A DNA stretch of 64,000 bases, from positions 16,244,001-16,308,000 of the forward strand of contig OX597829.1 of the NCBI GenBank assembly GCA_951406725.2. Reading direction: 5' to 3'. This document shows, one piece after another, positions 43,254-55,860 of the stretch (position 1 is its first letter; each line of letters opens with the position of its first letter). The stretch comes from Octopus vulgaris (Eukaryota). The notes under the pieces were generated by a model. It ran no database searches. It worked only from the letters and a program-made list of their open reading frames with translations, and was not told where the DNA came from. The position numbers and the translations under genes are program-made.

Positions 43254-43503
43254 GAGTGTGGAAAAAGAAAAAGAAAACAAGAAAGCTTCTAACAATGCAG
43301 AAAGTTTAGTAAAAACCTTTATATTCCGGGTGCAAAGGCCCATCTTCAGAAGGAAGCAGTCCAAGAAATGCCTAGTTATGCCAAAATCATTATTTTATTT
43401 AAACTTCTTGGCATTTAGGGTTAGCAGCTCAGTCAAGTGTTAACTACAACCCTGGGCTAATCAAAGTCTTGTAAGAGGATTTGGCAGATAGAAAGTGGAA
43501 GAT

Positions 43504-43542
<39 letters not shown>

Positions 43543-43626
43543 ATCCAAACATGAAAACACAACAACACGAAGACGTGGAGCAAGTATAGTGTTATTGGAC
43601 GCTCAGGAAAGGAAAGAAAGAAGGAT

Positions 43627-43659
43627 TTTAACGTTTCGAGCGGAGCTCTTCATCAGAAA
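43627..43659 (-). ncRNA. Minimal type I hammerhead ribozyme motif within a (TA)n-abutting element (about 43538-43732)
   Basis: ttt CTGATGA A GAGC tcc GCTC GAAA CG TT aaa: intact core, palindromic ACGT stem III. Confidence 0.7.
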
Positions 43660-44602
43660 CATAGAAAAAGGAAAGATCACAGGAAGGGAAAATGGAGGAA
43701 AAAATCACCAACAATACACACGCGGTCACATGTATGCATGTATTTGTGCTGTCACTACTTGACACTAGGTGTTGGTTTGTTTACACCCCTGTAATTAAGC
43801 AGTTCAGCAAAAAGATCAATACAAAAAGTACCAGCCTTATTGATTGAAAAGCTAGCACTGTTTGTTTGACTAAACCCTTCAAGACAGTGCTCCAGCATGT
43901 CCACAGTCCAACGACTGAAATGTGTAAAATGTAAATCATAAAGAACACACACACGCGCACGCATATATTGGAAACCAATTCTTCAACTCACCCGGTCACC
44001 TTGTCTGACCACCCAAGTACCTCACCATTATTATCTCTCTCTTGCAACTCCAACTGTTAATTTTTCTCTTTCTCTCTCCTTGTGTAGCCATGCAAATCCT
44101 GCACAAAAATTTGTTCTACACCCCACCACCACCACCACAACAGACACACTTTATGGTTCAGTTCCCTTATCCACTACTATACAGCTAACCTGCCATACAG
44201 GCTTTGTAAATTTACAAGCTGCATGGTGACCTCAATAGTGCACATGTGGTGCAGAAAAGCACCACTTCAAAGTGGTCAGCATTAGAAAGGGTATCCAACT
44301 GGAACCGGATGCAGCTGTGCAGCTTGCTGGTTTCCTGCCACCATGGAACATTGGACATTAAATGGTGAAGATAATATGTAACTGCACACACGTTGTTAGC
44401 AATTTCTTTTCTTTCTTTGGACTTTTCCCTTTCTCCTTTCCAACGAAGAGTTATGCTTGAAATTCCAAACTTATACATTCCTTCTGCAATTCTTCTTGTT
44501 TGTCTGTTTTGCTAATTTTATTGCTTGTTTATCTGATTTGACTATATATATACATATATATATATATATTGATCAAAATAAAAACATGATGCCAAGGATT
44601 CA

Positions 44603-44680
44603 GCGGTACATATGTTTCGGGCCTTTATTAGACAGATTTATAACAATGCATAATGTATGTCTGTGGCCTTCTTCAGCCGC
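44603..44680 (-). ncRNA. Type I hammerhead ribozyme motif (mirror copy in left arm)
   Basis: Exact reverse complement of 44972-45049. Confidence 0.75.
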
Positions 44681-44971
44681 GCACAACAACTTCCGCAAGG
44701 ACATGTGTTACATCAAAAATTCTTGGTTGGGGATGCAAATCCTCTCATTCGCGTACGACATAATGCGGCAACAGCATAGAATTGAAGCGTCCATCTCTTT
44801 CTTCTCTCAATGTAGAATCTTCTCTCAATGTAGATTCTACATTGAGAGAAGAAAGAGATGGACGCTTCAATTCTATGCTGTTGCCGCATTATGTCGTACG
44901 CGAATGAGAGGATTTGCATCCCCAACCAAGAATTTTTGATGTAACACATGTCCTTGCGGAAGTTGTTGTGC

Positions 44972-45049
44972 GCGGCTGAAGAAGGCCACAGACATACATT
45001 ATGCATTGTTATAAATCTGTCTAATAAAGGCCCGAAACATATGTACCGC
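44972..45049 (+). ncRNA. Type I hammerhead ribozyme motif with extended stem II
   Basis: GCGG CTGAAGA A GGCC(acaga...tctgt..)GGCC C GAAA CATATG TA CCGC: stem I GCGG/CCGC, palindromic stem III ACATATGT, GUA cleavage triplet. Confidence 0.75.
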
Positions 45050-45156
45050 TGAATCCTTGGCATCATGTTTTTATTTTGATCAATTTACTCCACCACCTAC
45101 ACCACCAAACGGTATACACAGGTGCTTATAATTATCAAGTACTCACCCCGAATTTC

Positions 45157-45199
<43 letters not shown>

Positions 45200-45406
45200 C
45201 AAAAAAAGCTATTGGTGTGATGCAAATGGTACCCATGGCGGTGGCACATAAAAGTACCCATTACACACTCGGAGTGGTTAACATTAGGATGGACATCAAG
45301 CCATAGAAACCATGCCAAATCAGACTGGAGTCTGGTGCAACCATCCAATCCATGCCAGCATGACAACGGACATTAAATGATGATGACGAGGACATTTATA
45401 TATATA

Positions 45407-45447
<41 letters not shown>

Positions 45448-45449
<2 letters not shown>

Positions 45450-45821
45450 ATCCAAATAAGTAACAAGTATAGCCAAGGTAGAGTTGTACAATTATTTCAT
45501 GCTACTTCAATTTATTAAATACTATATTACATCAGTTTTAAAATGTCGAGCAATCTTCAGCCACTTATAGAATTTTCCAGTCAAACAGATAATGCACATT
45601 CTTATCCCTTTTACAGTGTTTAATAAAATGAAGTAGCATGAAACAATTGTACTACTCTACCTTGGATGTACTTGTTGCTTATTTTGATTATAATCATCCC
45701 ATTTGATTTATATGGATAATACCATACAAAATTCTGATGCCTTTGACTTAAGTACCATATTCATCTGAATCTAAATTTTGCTTAAGTACCATATTCATCT
45801 GAATCTAAATTTTGCTGAACT

Positions 45822-45822
<1 letters not shown>
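45448..45822 (+). mobile_element. Fold-back element (arms about 45448-45524 / 45615-45690, plus tail) in (TA)n; hammerhead motif at 45483-45564 (-)
   Basis: Minus strand reads gtgg CTGAAGA TTGCT...AGCAT GAAA TAATTG TA caac; the other arm has GAAA CAATTG TA ctac. The tail has a 34-bp tandem duplication (45747-45814). Confidence 0.75.
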
Positions 45823-45853
<31 letters not shown>

Positions 45854-47077
45854 TATAAAATCATCATGATTATTTAATAACTGTGTTCTATGTTGCCATG
45901 GGCTGGACAGTTTAGCAAGGAACTAACAAGCTGCAGGGTATCAGTACTCTTTTTCTTTAAACCTGGGTACTTATTCTATTGCTCTTTTTTGCCAAACTGC
46001 TTAGTTACAAGAGTGTAAACAAACCAACACTGGTCGTCAGGTGATGACAGACACACAAACACACATTTATACACATACGTAATATCTATGTGTGTGTGTA
46101 TGTGTGATTGTGGGTACATGTATATAAACAATGTAAATTACAAAATACAAAATTATATCTTGAGATCGCTAGTGACAACAACACTCAAAATATATAACAG
46201 ACTGGAATTGTAGTGCTCAAATGAGCTGTATTCACTTATTAATCCGAGGGGATTCTTATATATTTATATATTTTATATGATGTTTATATATTTACTCTTT
46301 TACTCTCTTTTACTTGTTTCAGTCATATGACTGCGGCCATGCTGGAGCACCACCTTGAGTCAAGCAAATCGACCCCAAGACTTATTCTTTGTAAGCCTAG
46401 TACTTATTCTATTGGTCTCTGTTGCCGAACTGCTAAGTTACGGGGACATAAACACACCAGCATCGGTTGTCAAACGATGTTGGGGGGAGAAACACACATA
46501 TATACATATATATGACGGACTTCTTTCAGTTTCCGTCTACCAAATCCGCTCACAAGGCTTTGGTCGGCTCGAGGCTATAGTAGAAGACATTTGCCCAAGG
46601 TGCCACGCACTGGGACTGAACCCGGAACTACGTAGTTCGTTGGACTTTATATCTGTTCTGTAGATATATATATGAATATATGTATGCGTTTGGTCTTTCT
46701 GTGGATTTTGTAATGTTCGTTTAGTTGCTGCTCACATTGCCTCCCCTCGGATTAATAAGTATAAACAATAAATGTGTATATACATATATATATATATATA
46801 TACGCACATACACAGGCATAGAGAGAGGCAAAGTCACACACACACACACATAGATAGTTTTCCGAATTAAAGTGCAAAGAACGGTAACATGAGATAAGAG
46901 CAGAACCAGAATCTGAGAGCAAATGACATCTTTCGTATTATTATAATTTATCTTTTTTGTTTTTTAATGTGAAGCTATGTAAGTGTTTCTGCATATTTAT
47001 TTAAGAGAACTCATTTAGACAAAACCTTTTACACCTGACATTTTCTCAGAAACTACTACCACTACTACTAATACTAT

Positions 47078-47113
<36 letters not shown>

Positions 47114-47361
47114 CACTACTGCCACTACTGCGGCTGCTACTATGACCCTCACACATAACTACTACAACTACTAACGTGTCACTGACTTACAAAAGTCGCA
47201 AAATGCTAAAATGATTTTATCAAAGCAACCGGAGAATTGTGTTCTAAATCTTTTGTATTTGTGTTTATATTTATGTGTGTGTGTGTGTGTGTGTGTGTAT
47301 TAACTATGTGTGTTTGTGTATACGCATGCATACGTACATAGGAATGTATGTGTGTGTGTCT

Positions 47362-47411
<50 letters not shown>

Positions 47412-48996
47412 CTTTATACATAAATATATATCTTTATACATAAATATATATCTTTATATATATATATATAAAGATATATATTTATTTATAAAGATGTATA
47501 AAGATATATATATATATATATATATAGATATATGTATCTTTATACATAAATATATCTTTATACATAAATATATATCTTTATATATATATATAAAGATATA
47601 TATTTATTTATAAAGATGTATACATACATACAGACATACATACATACATACATACATACATACATACATACATACATACATACATACATACACACACACA
47701 AAATTCTACAGTTATTTTGAAAACTGTAAAACTGCTGGAAGTCATAGAAAACCATGAAAAATGTATCATTTCCTTTGAAATCATATTTTGTTTGAAACAT
47801 TGGATTCTTTAGATGATGTAAAAGTTCACCTAGGCACTACTGAATGTGGAGTCTGAGGAGATAACATCTCTAAAAGCTGTACTTCTCGTCAACCCTTTCA
47901 TTTTGAAAGTTTTTTTGTTTTTGTTTTATCTAGGTACACCTTTAGGTGGCCAAAGCCTTGTGAGTGGACTTGGTAAACAGAAACTGAAAGAAGCCTATTG
48001 TGTGTGTCTAAATGTATATGTCTATGTTTGTTTGTTCCCCACCAGTGCATGACAAATGGTATTGGTGTGTTTACGTTCCTGTAACTTAGCAGTTTGGCAA
48101 AAAGACACTGATAGAATAAGTATCAGACTTAGGCAGAAAACTAATACTGGGATTGATTTAGATGAGCGATGGCTAGAAGAATATTGAGCTTTATTTGATA
48201 ACCAGCTGATCAAGCAAGCGGGGCCTCATATCAGTGAGGGGAGGGAGCAGTGCGCATTGATGCTGTCGAGAGGTAGGCCCTAGAACGGAGCGCATTCTCT
48301 CCTGATGACCCCATACACTTGCTGGCTTCCGGTATGTGGAGTTTTTGACTGATAGCACTTGCATGTGAAAGTTGTTTGCAAGACATTTATTGGACCGAAT
48401 TCTTCAAGGGGGTGACCCCAGCATGACCACATTCCAATGACTTATACAAGTAAAAGATTATTTTTTTACATTAACCCTTTGGCATTCAGATTACCCTGTC
48501 AAATATAATCCTTATTTCTTCACATTGTTTTGAATTAATCCTGCACCATCTTGTAGCTTTGAGATTTCATGATACGCCTATATTTTCTTGAATGACAACA
48601 TAGGATAGACATGAGAAATCACATCTGGTCAGTTTGGACACTAAATAGGTAGAATATTTGGGCCAGGTATGGCTGATTTTAATGCTAAACTGTTAAGAGA
48701 TGGTAAACTAACTTAGCTATGGAATGAAATCAAGTACATATATCTATCCATAATTATATTCTTCTTCTGTACAATTACACGGGAAAGCTTTACATACAGA
48801 ACCAATATACATGCGTACACAAATATATAACTACATAATAGAATGAAGATATAAACAGGTAAACAACTAGTGTCAGGTCAGGGTATGGTATTTATATATT
48901 TAAACATTGACACAATATGAGGGTAGACTTGAATGTTAAAATAGCTTAGATTGCAAGAGGTCGATAAAAGATCAGTTGAGGAATGTTAATAATGGT

Positions 48997-49038
<42 letters not shown>

Positions 49039-52000
49039 CAAAATCAAAGTGAAATTCGATGATGGGCACGAGCACCATATGAGCATGATCGTTGACAGAG
49101 TGGTTAACCGGCTTCCATGCCAGTGGCACATAAAAGGCACCATTCGAGTGTGATCGTTGCCAGCCTTGCCTTACTGGCACTTGAGCCCCGTGCTAGTAGG
49201 GTGCTAAGAGCACCATCCAAGCATGATCATTGCCAGAGCGACTAACTGGCTTCCATGCCGGTGGCATGTAAGAGGCACCATTCGAGGTGCCTTACTGGCA
49301 CTTGTGCCGTTGGCATATGTAAAAAAATTCGAGCGAGGTCATTGCCTGTACCTCCTGACTGGCCCCTGTGCCGGTGGCATGTAGAAGCACCCATTACACT
49401 CTCGGAGTGGTTGGCGTTAGGAAGGGCATCCAGCTGTAGAAACTCTGCCAAATCAAGACTGGAGCCTGGTGCAGCCAACTGGTTCGCCAGCCCACAGTCA
49501 AACTGTCCAACCCATGCTAGCATGGAAAGCGGACATTAAACGACGATAATGATGATGATGATATATATATATATAAACTAGCAAATGCCCTCTGTTCATT
49601 GGACACTTTGTATATGTGAAGAGGGTTAACTTGGACGGTGTTATGGAAGTTTTAATCATTCGATGGACAAGACATAAGGATTACAAAAACAGCGATTCTC
49701 ACTTTGAAACTGACAATTTTGGAAATCTTTTTAGATTGCGCAACGCCCAGCTCTCTTATGAACCCATGTTTAAAATTTCAGTGTAATCGGATGAACAATA
49801 CTCGAGTTATAAGCGCACAGACAGATAGACAGAACGGGAGTTATATATCAGATGAGCCAATGAGGGAGAGCTCTACATGGTAGCCAGACCTGGTAGAAAT
49901 AACAGCCAAATCTCCCTCAAATCATACCTTACTGTCATATGTATGTATGAGCCAATGAAGGAGACCTCTACATGGTAGCCAGACCTGGTAGAAATAGCTG
50001 CCAAATCTCCCTCAAGACACCCATCTTTTGTATGTATATATGTATGTATTAGCAGTTCTTTGGCTTTTTACATTCGACAACTGTTGCTTTAAGTTAGATA
50101 ATTGTATTGAGCCCTCTACGTATATATATAGAGAGAGACACTCAGAGAGAGGAAAGGAGACAGCATAGCAGTGGTTTTGGTTGACTGTTATCCTGTACTC
50201 CCCTTGTTGCCAGCAAAATGGTATGTGCTGGCAGTTTGAGCAACTCATTGCTTTTAACCCTTTCGTTACTGCATTTATTTTGAGATGCTCCGTATTTCTT
50301 TCAATAAATTTTAAATCTAACAAAGAATTTAGTGAAATAACTTAGTTATCATTAAGCTAGTGTTAGGAACATTAATTGTGACAAAGGTTTGGTGGAAGAT
50401 TTTAATTCAAAACTTATGAAAATTAGACATTTGTACAACAGAGCCAGAACCGGTTTCAGCCAGGTTGCTGCTTCCCTCACTAAATATGGATTTCAGATTT
50501 TGACACAAGGCCTAAAATTTCAGGAGGAGGAGTAAATCAATAATATTGATCCTAGTGTTCAACTGGTATTTATTTTATTGAGCCTGAAAAAAATTAACCT
50601 TAGCAGAATTTGAATGCAGAAGGTAAAGACAGATAAAATGCTGCTAAGAATTTTACCAGGTACAGAAACAAGTCTGCTAGCTCACTGCCTTACAGCAATA
50701 AAATTATGAAAGAAATATTTACAGAGTGAGCAAGTAGTGTTAGAATACAATCGTAGTTGTTATACCTGTGCTGGTGGCATGTAAAAAGCACCACCCGAAC
50801 GTGGTCGATGCTAGCGCCGCCTTGACTGGTTTCTGTGCTGGTGGCATGTAAAAAGCACCATCCGAACATGGCTGATGCCAGCATCGCCTTGACTGGCTTT
50901 TGTGCCGGTGGCACGTAAAAAGCACCAACCAATCGTGGCCACTGCCAACCTTCCCTGGCACATAAAAAAAACCCACTACACTCTCGGAGTGGTTGGCATT
51001 AGGAAGGGCATCAAGCTGTAGAAACACTGCCAGATCAGAGTGGAGCCTGGTGCAGCCTCCTGGCTTCCCAGACCCCGGTCGAACCGTCCAACCCGTGCTA
51101 GCACGGAAAACGAATGTTAAACAATGATGATGATGAATGGAAAATTTGATGTAAAAAGAAAAAAACTGTACAAATTGGGAATCAAATAAGTAAGTATCAC
51201 TTGTTTACTCATAGAAAACTGTTCAAAGGGTGGTCCATTTGTTAGTATATATAATGGGCTATTGGTATATATAGGATACTAGTTCATGTGGTATGTTGGT
51301 CCATATCAGGTATCAAATCATATGCAATATGGTCTATGTTCATATGGCTCCTTCCATACTGAGTGACATCATTGTCATTTAATGTATGTTTTGCATGCTG
51401 GTGTAAGTTGGATGGTTTTGACAGGAACTTTTGGTGAACCAGAAGACTGCACCTAACTCCATTGTCTGCTTTGGCATGATGTGTATGACTAGATGACCTT
51501 CCTGATGCCAACTGCTTTTTTATGTGGCACCAGTACTGGTAAGGTCAACAAGCAACTTGCAAGACAAGACCCTTCAACTGAGTGGGGAGTAGTATTGAGT
51601 GGAGTGGATATGTGCCAGGTAATGAGAGGGACAATATGAATAGAGTGACAGAAACAAGGCGGCGAGCTGGCAGAAACGTTAGCACACCAGGCGAAATGCT
51701 TAGCGGTATTTCATCTACCATTACGTTGTGAGTTCAAATTCCGCCAAGGTTGACTTTGCCTTTCACCCTTCGGGGTCGATAAATTAAGTACCAGTTACGC
51801 ACTGGGGTCGATGTAATCAACTTAATCCCTTTGTCTGTCCTTGTTTGTCACCTCTATGTATAGCGCCTTGTGGGCAATAAAGAAATAAGTGCTTTGCAGT
51901 AAAGAAGGTAAAGTGGTTGATATTAGAAAAAACATCCGACTGTAGAAACCATGCCAAAACAGACAGTAGAGCCTGATTTAATCTTCTGACTTGCCAGCTC

Positions 52001-52261
52001 CTGTGAAACCATCCAAACCATGCTAGCATAGACAGAGGTCATCAAGTGATGATACTCTTTACATTCTTTTACTTGTTTCATACATTTGACTGAGGCCATG
52101 CTGGAGCACCACCTTTAGTTAAGCACATCGACCCAGCACTTATTCTTTGTAAGCCTAGTACTTATTCAATCAGTCTCTTTTGCCGAACCGCTAAGTTACG
52201 GGGACGTAAACACACCAACATCAGTTGTCAAGCGATGTTGAGGGGACAAACACAGACACAA

Positions 52262-52320
<59 letters not shown>

Positions 52321-52516
52321 CACACACACATATGACAGGCTTCTCTCAGTTTCCGTCTACCAAATCCACTTACAAGGCTTTGGTTGGCCCAAGGCTATAG
52401 TAAAAGACACTTGCCCAAGGTGCCATAAATTGGGTCTGAACTCAGAACCATGTAGTTTGCAAGCCAAATGTTTGTGTATATTTTTATCAATTGGTGTTCA
52501 ATGTTTGTTAAGTTTT

Positions 52517-52551
<35 letters not shown>

Positions 52552-55500
52552 GTTTCTTTCATAACATTATTTTTGTTTTTTACTTAACCAACATTTTCTT
52601 GTAATCTGGCTTAGTATTAAAGCATCACACACACTTGGTTTGAATAAATAACTTCAAAGTCGTGTTATAAGTCACAGTTGATTTATTCTACATGTCTTTT
52701 CACTAATGGAAAGTTGTAATTGAATATAGCTTACATTGGGAACCGATTTAAATCTTGAAGTAACTTCTAGATTAACCTAAATAATCTCTGCTAATTTTTC
52801 ATCTGAGCTATCAGTAAAAACTCAGTCATGTTACTGTAAAAATAGATTTGAAAACTCAGTCATGTAATTGTAAAAATAGATTTGAAAATCTTTAAAATTG
52901 TAAAACACATTTAACTGAGGCAAAGTTAGCTAAGTGCTTTGTGTGGTTGAGAGCTGAAGATGTTGTACTACTGTTGTTTAGAATATAACTTATATATAAG
53001 TATGCAAATACTCATTTCAGACCTCACATGGTGCACAAATAACAATCTTTTTTTTATTGGTTAGCAGATATAAGCACCAGTCTGCAAACAGTTATGTTGG
53101 CTGAAAGTATAAACAAAACCTGCAAGTCCGAGTGCTTTTGCCTGATGAGATAACATATGGAAACACCAGTGTTCCAGAATCCCATGTACCAATAACTTAA
53201 GTATACTGAAGACACCATTGTCACAAAAGGAAAAAAATTATTCTCCTGTGACGTACACAACAGCAACTAGCATATTTTGCAACTGAATCAGCCTGGACAT
53301 ATTAAGAATAAATGCCTGTGCTAGTAGGGTGCCAAGAGCACCATCCGAGCATGATCATTGTCAGAGCAGCTAACTGGCATGTAAAAGGGCACCATTCGAG
53401 CGTGATCGTTACCAACATCGCTTCACTGGCATGTGTAAAAAAATTTGAGCGAGATCGTTGCCAGTACTGCCTGACTGGCCCCGTGCCGGTGGCACATAAA
53501 AAGCACCCACTACATCCTTGGAGTGGTTGGCGTTAGGAAGGGCATCCAGCTGTAGAAACTCTGCCAGATCAAGATTGGAGCCTGGTGCAGCCATCTGGTT
53601 GCCAGCCCTCAGTCAAATCGTCCAACCCATGCTAGCATGGAAAGTAGACCTTAAACGATGATGATGATGATGATGATGCAAATAATCATAAGTTATGCGT
53701 TTGATCTTAACTTCATTTGGCTATTAAACTGCCTGAAGCAACTTGACTCTTTAAATTGTTTAGAATTTAATTAAAACTTTCCATCATAATTATGTCAGAC
53801 TATTTTGTTGTTTTGAAGACCAGATTAATAAATAAAGTTTATTCTATTAAACTAAATCAGAGATCAGGGAGTCCGCATCCCCCATCCCCAGGTTGAGCTG
53901 CTACTTCTCTGGTTGAGAGGTCATAGCTCCAGTTACATGGACATATGATTAGAACAGCACAGGAAATAACTGCAAGACAGATTCTCCAAGCCAAGCCAAT
54001 CAGCAGGAGATCTAAGGATGGATAAGAGCGAGATGATTGGATAATATCCATCTAGGTCAAGCCACTTCTCCTAGAATGTCACACAAAAGAATTGCAGGAC
54101 AGATTCTTCAAGCTAAACCAATTCACAAAAGCCCCATCGGAGTAGACCAAAAACAAAATGATTAGATAAAATCCATAGTCACAGATGGTCATGGTTGAGA
54201 ATCAAGTCAAGAAGTCTCATGAAGTTGCTTTTGATATGACCCTATGGAGGAGATGCCTGAGGATTCTACTCCAATGACCCACCCAGGAATAGTGGGGGGG
54301 GGCAGAGAATGGATGGAAATCATATCAAATTCTTAATTATTTTCCAAAATCATCTGAAACATAAAGGCAGTATTTTTTGTTATAAATATAGTTAAAAATA
54401 GTTAATGAATATTCTAACTTTATTTTAATTTTAACAAAAAGGTTCAGTTAATAAATATATATGAAAGCTGCCAAATTAACAGATATTCAGTGCTGGAATA
54501 TCTTATATTTTTGTTCTAGGTGTCAGTACTCTGAGTTCAAATCCAGTCGAAGTTAACTTTATCTGTCGTCCTTTAAAAGGTCGATAAATAAAGTACCAAA
54601 CTACAACAAAGTTGGTTTGTTTTCTGTCTTACCCACTTTTTCTCTCTTTTTGGGTGGAATAAACTGAGGTTGAAACTGAGAAATGATGGACCCTTTCAGG
54701 TCCAGAAATTCAAGATACTGGGTATATCTTGATAGAACTCTTATGATTCCATTAAAGATTGTGGACCCAATTCAAGAAACAAATAGCAGACATTACCTCT
54801 CTGTTTCTCACAGTTCACTCTTTGAAAGCCTCAACTCATTGCTGTATTATATATTATAGCGTTGCTCTACTATAGTATACTAAACTAGGGGTGTTTAGGC
54901 TACTAAACTAGGGGTGTTTAGGCTAAATTTGACAGTTTACATAAAAGAAAATTATATCCCATCCAAAATTTAAAATATTTGGAAAAAAACAAAAACAAAA
55001 GCAGTATTAACTAGATAATGGCTGAGAATTAACAGTTTACTCAAAGTAGCTGTCCTCAGCATCCACCAAGGCCTCAAGGTGGCTATGGAACCAGGTATAT
55101 GTATTCCAAACTGTGTCACTGGGATCTTCAAACACCTCCTTGATCTTTGCCACTCGCTCAGTCTTGGTGTTGAAAGCAGAGCAGTTGGTGTCTTTCTCAG
55201 CTGCACCCCTTACACAGGATTGTAATCTATGGGATTACAAAAAGGGGAATTAGGAAGTCGTAGAAACTCTCCAACAACCATTTCTGACTCTCTCTCTCTC
55301 TCTCTCTCTCTAAGTATAAGCTGAATCCTGCTGCCAGGCATATGGTCTTCCAGTAGCAACCCTCTCCGACCAGGGTCTGACAACAGTCTCCAACAGCTTC
55401 ACACTTTTCCTCAACTACAACTGTAATATTTAGGCCCTCCAATATTGTTGACTGTTCACCAATATATAGGCGTAGGAGTGGATGTGTGTTAAGTAGCTTG

Positions 55501-55821
55501 CTTACCAGCCACATGGTCCCGGGTTCAGTCCCACAGTGTGGCCCTTTGGGCAAGTGTCTTTTACTATAGTTTTGGGCCGACCAAAGCCTTGTGAGTGGAT
55601 TTGGTAGATGGAAACTGGAAGAAGCCCATCGTATATATATATGTATATATAGGCGTAGGAGTGGCTGTGTGTTAAGCAGCTTGCTTACCAACCACATGGT
55701 CCTGGGTTCAGTCCCCCAGTGTGGTACATTGGGAAAGTGTCTTCTACTATAGCCTCAGGCCAACCAAAGCCTTGTGAGTGGATTTGGTAGATGGAAACTG
55801 GAAGAAGCCCGTCATATATAC

Positions 55822-55860
<39 letters not shown>

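Larger units (their letters stand above)
44568..45084. repeat. Perfect long palindrome: 253-bp arms (44568-44820 / 44832-45084), 11-nt spacer, then about 72-nt tail to (TA)n
   Basis: No mismatch seen between arms; identical peptides appear on both strands in the ORF track. Confidence 0.97.

Noticed and set aside
44457-45066. Identical proteins encoded on both strands
   Set aside because: A direct consequence of the DNA palindrome; no recognisable domain.
52817-54925. Short tandem duplications (34 bp at about 52818-52888; 23 bp at about 54878-54925)
   Set aside because: Ordinary slippage duplications with no further structure.
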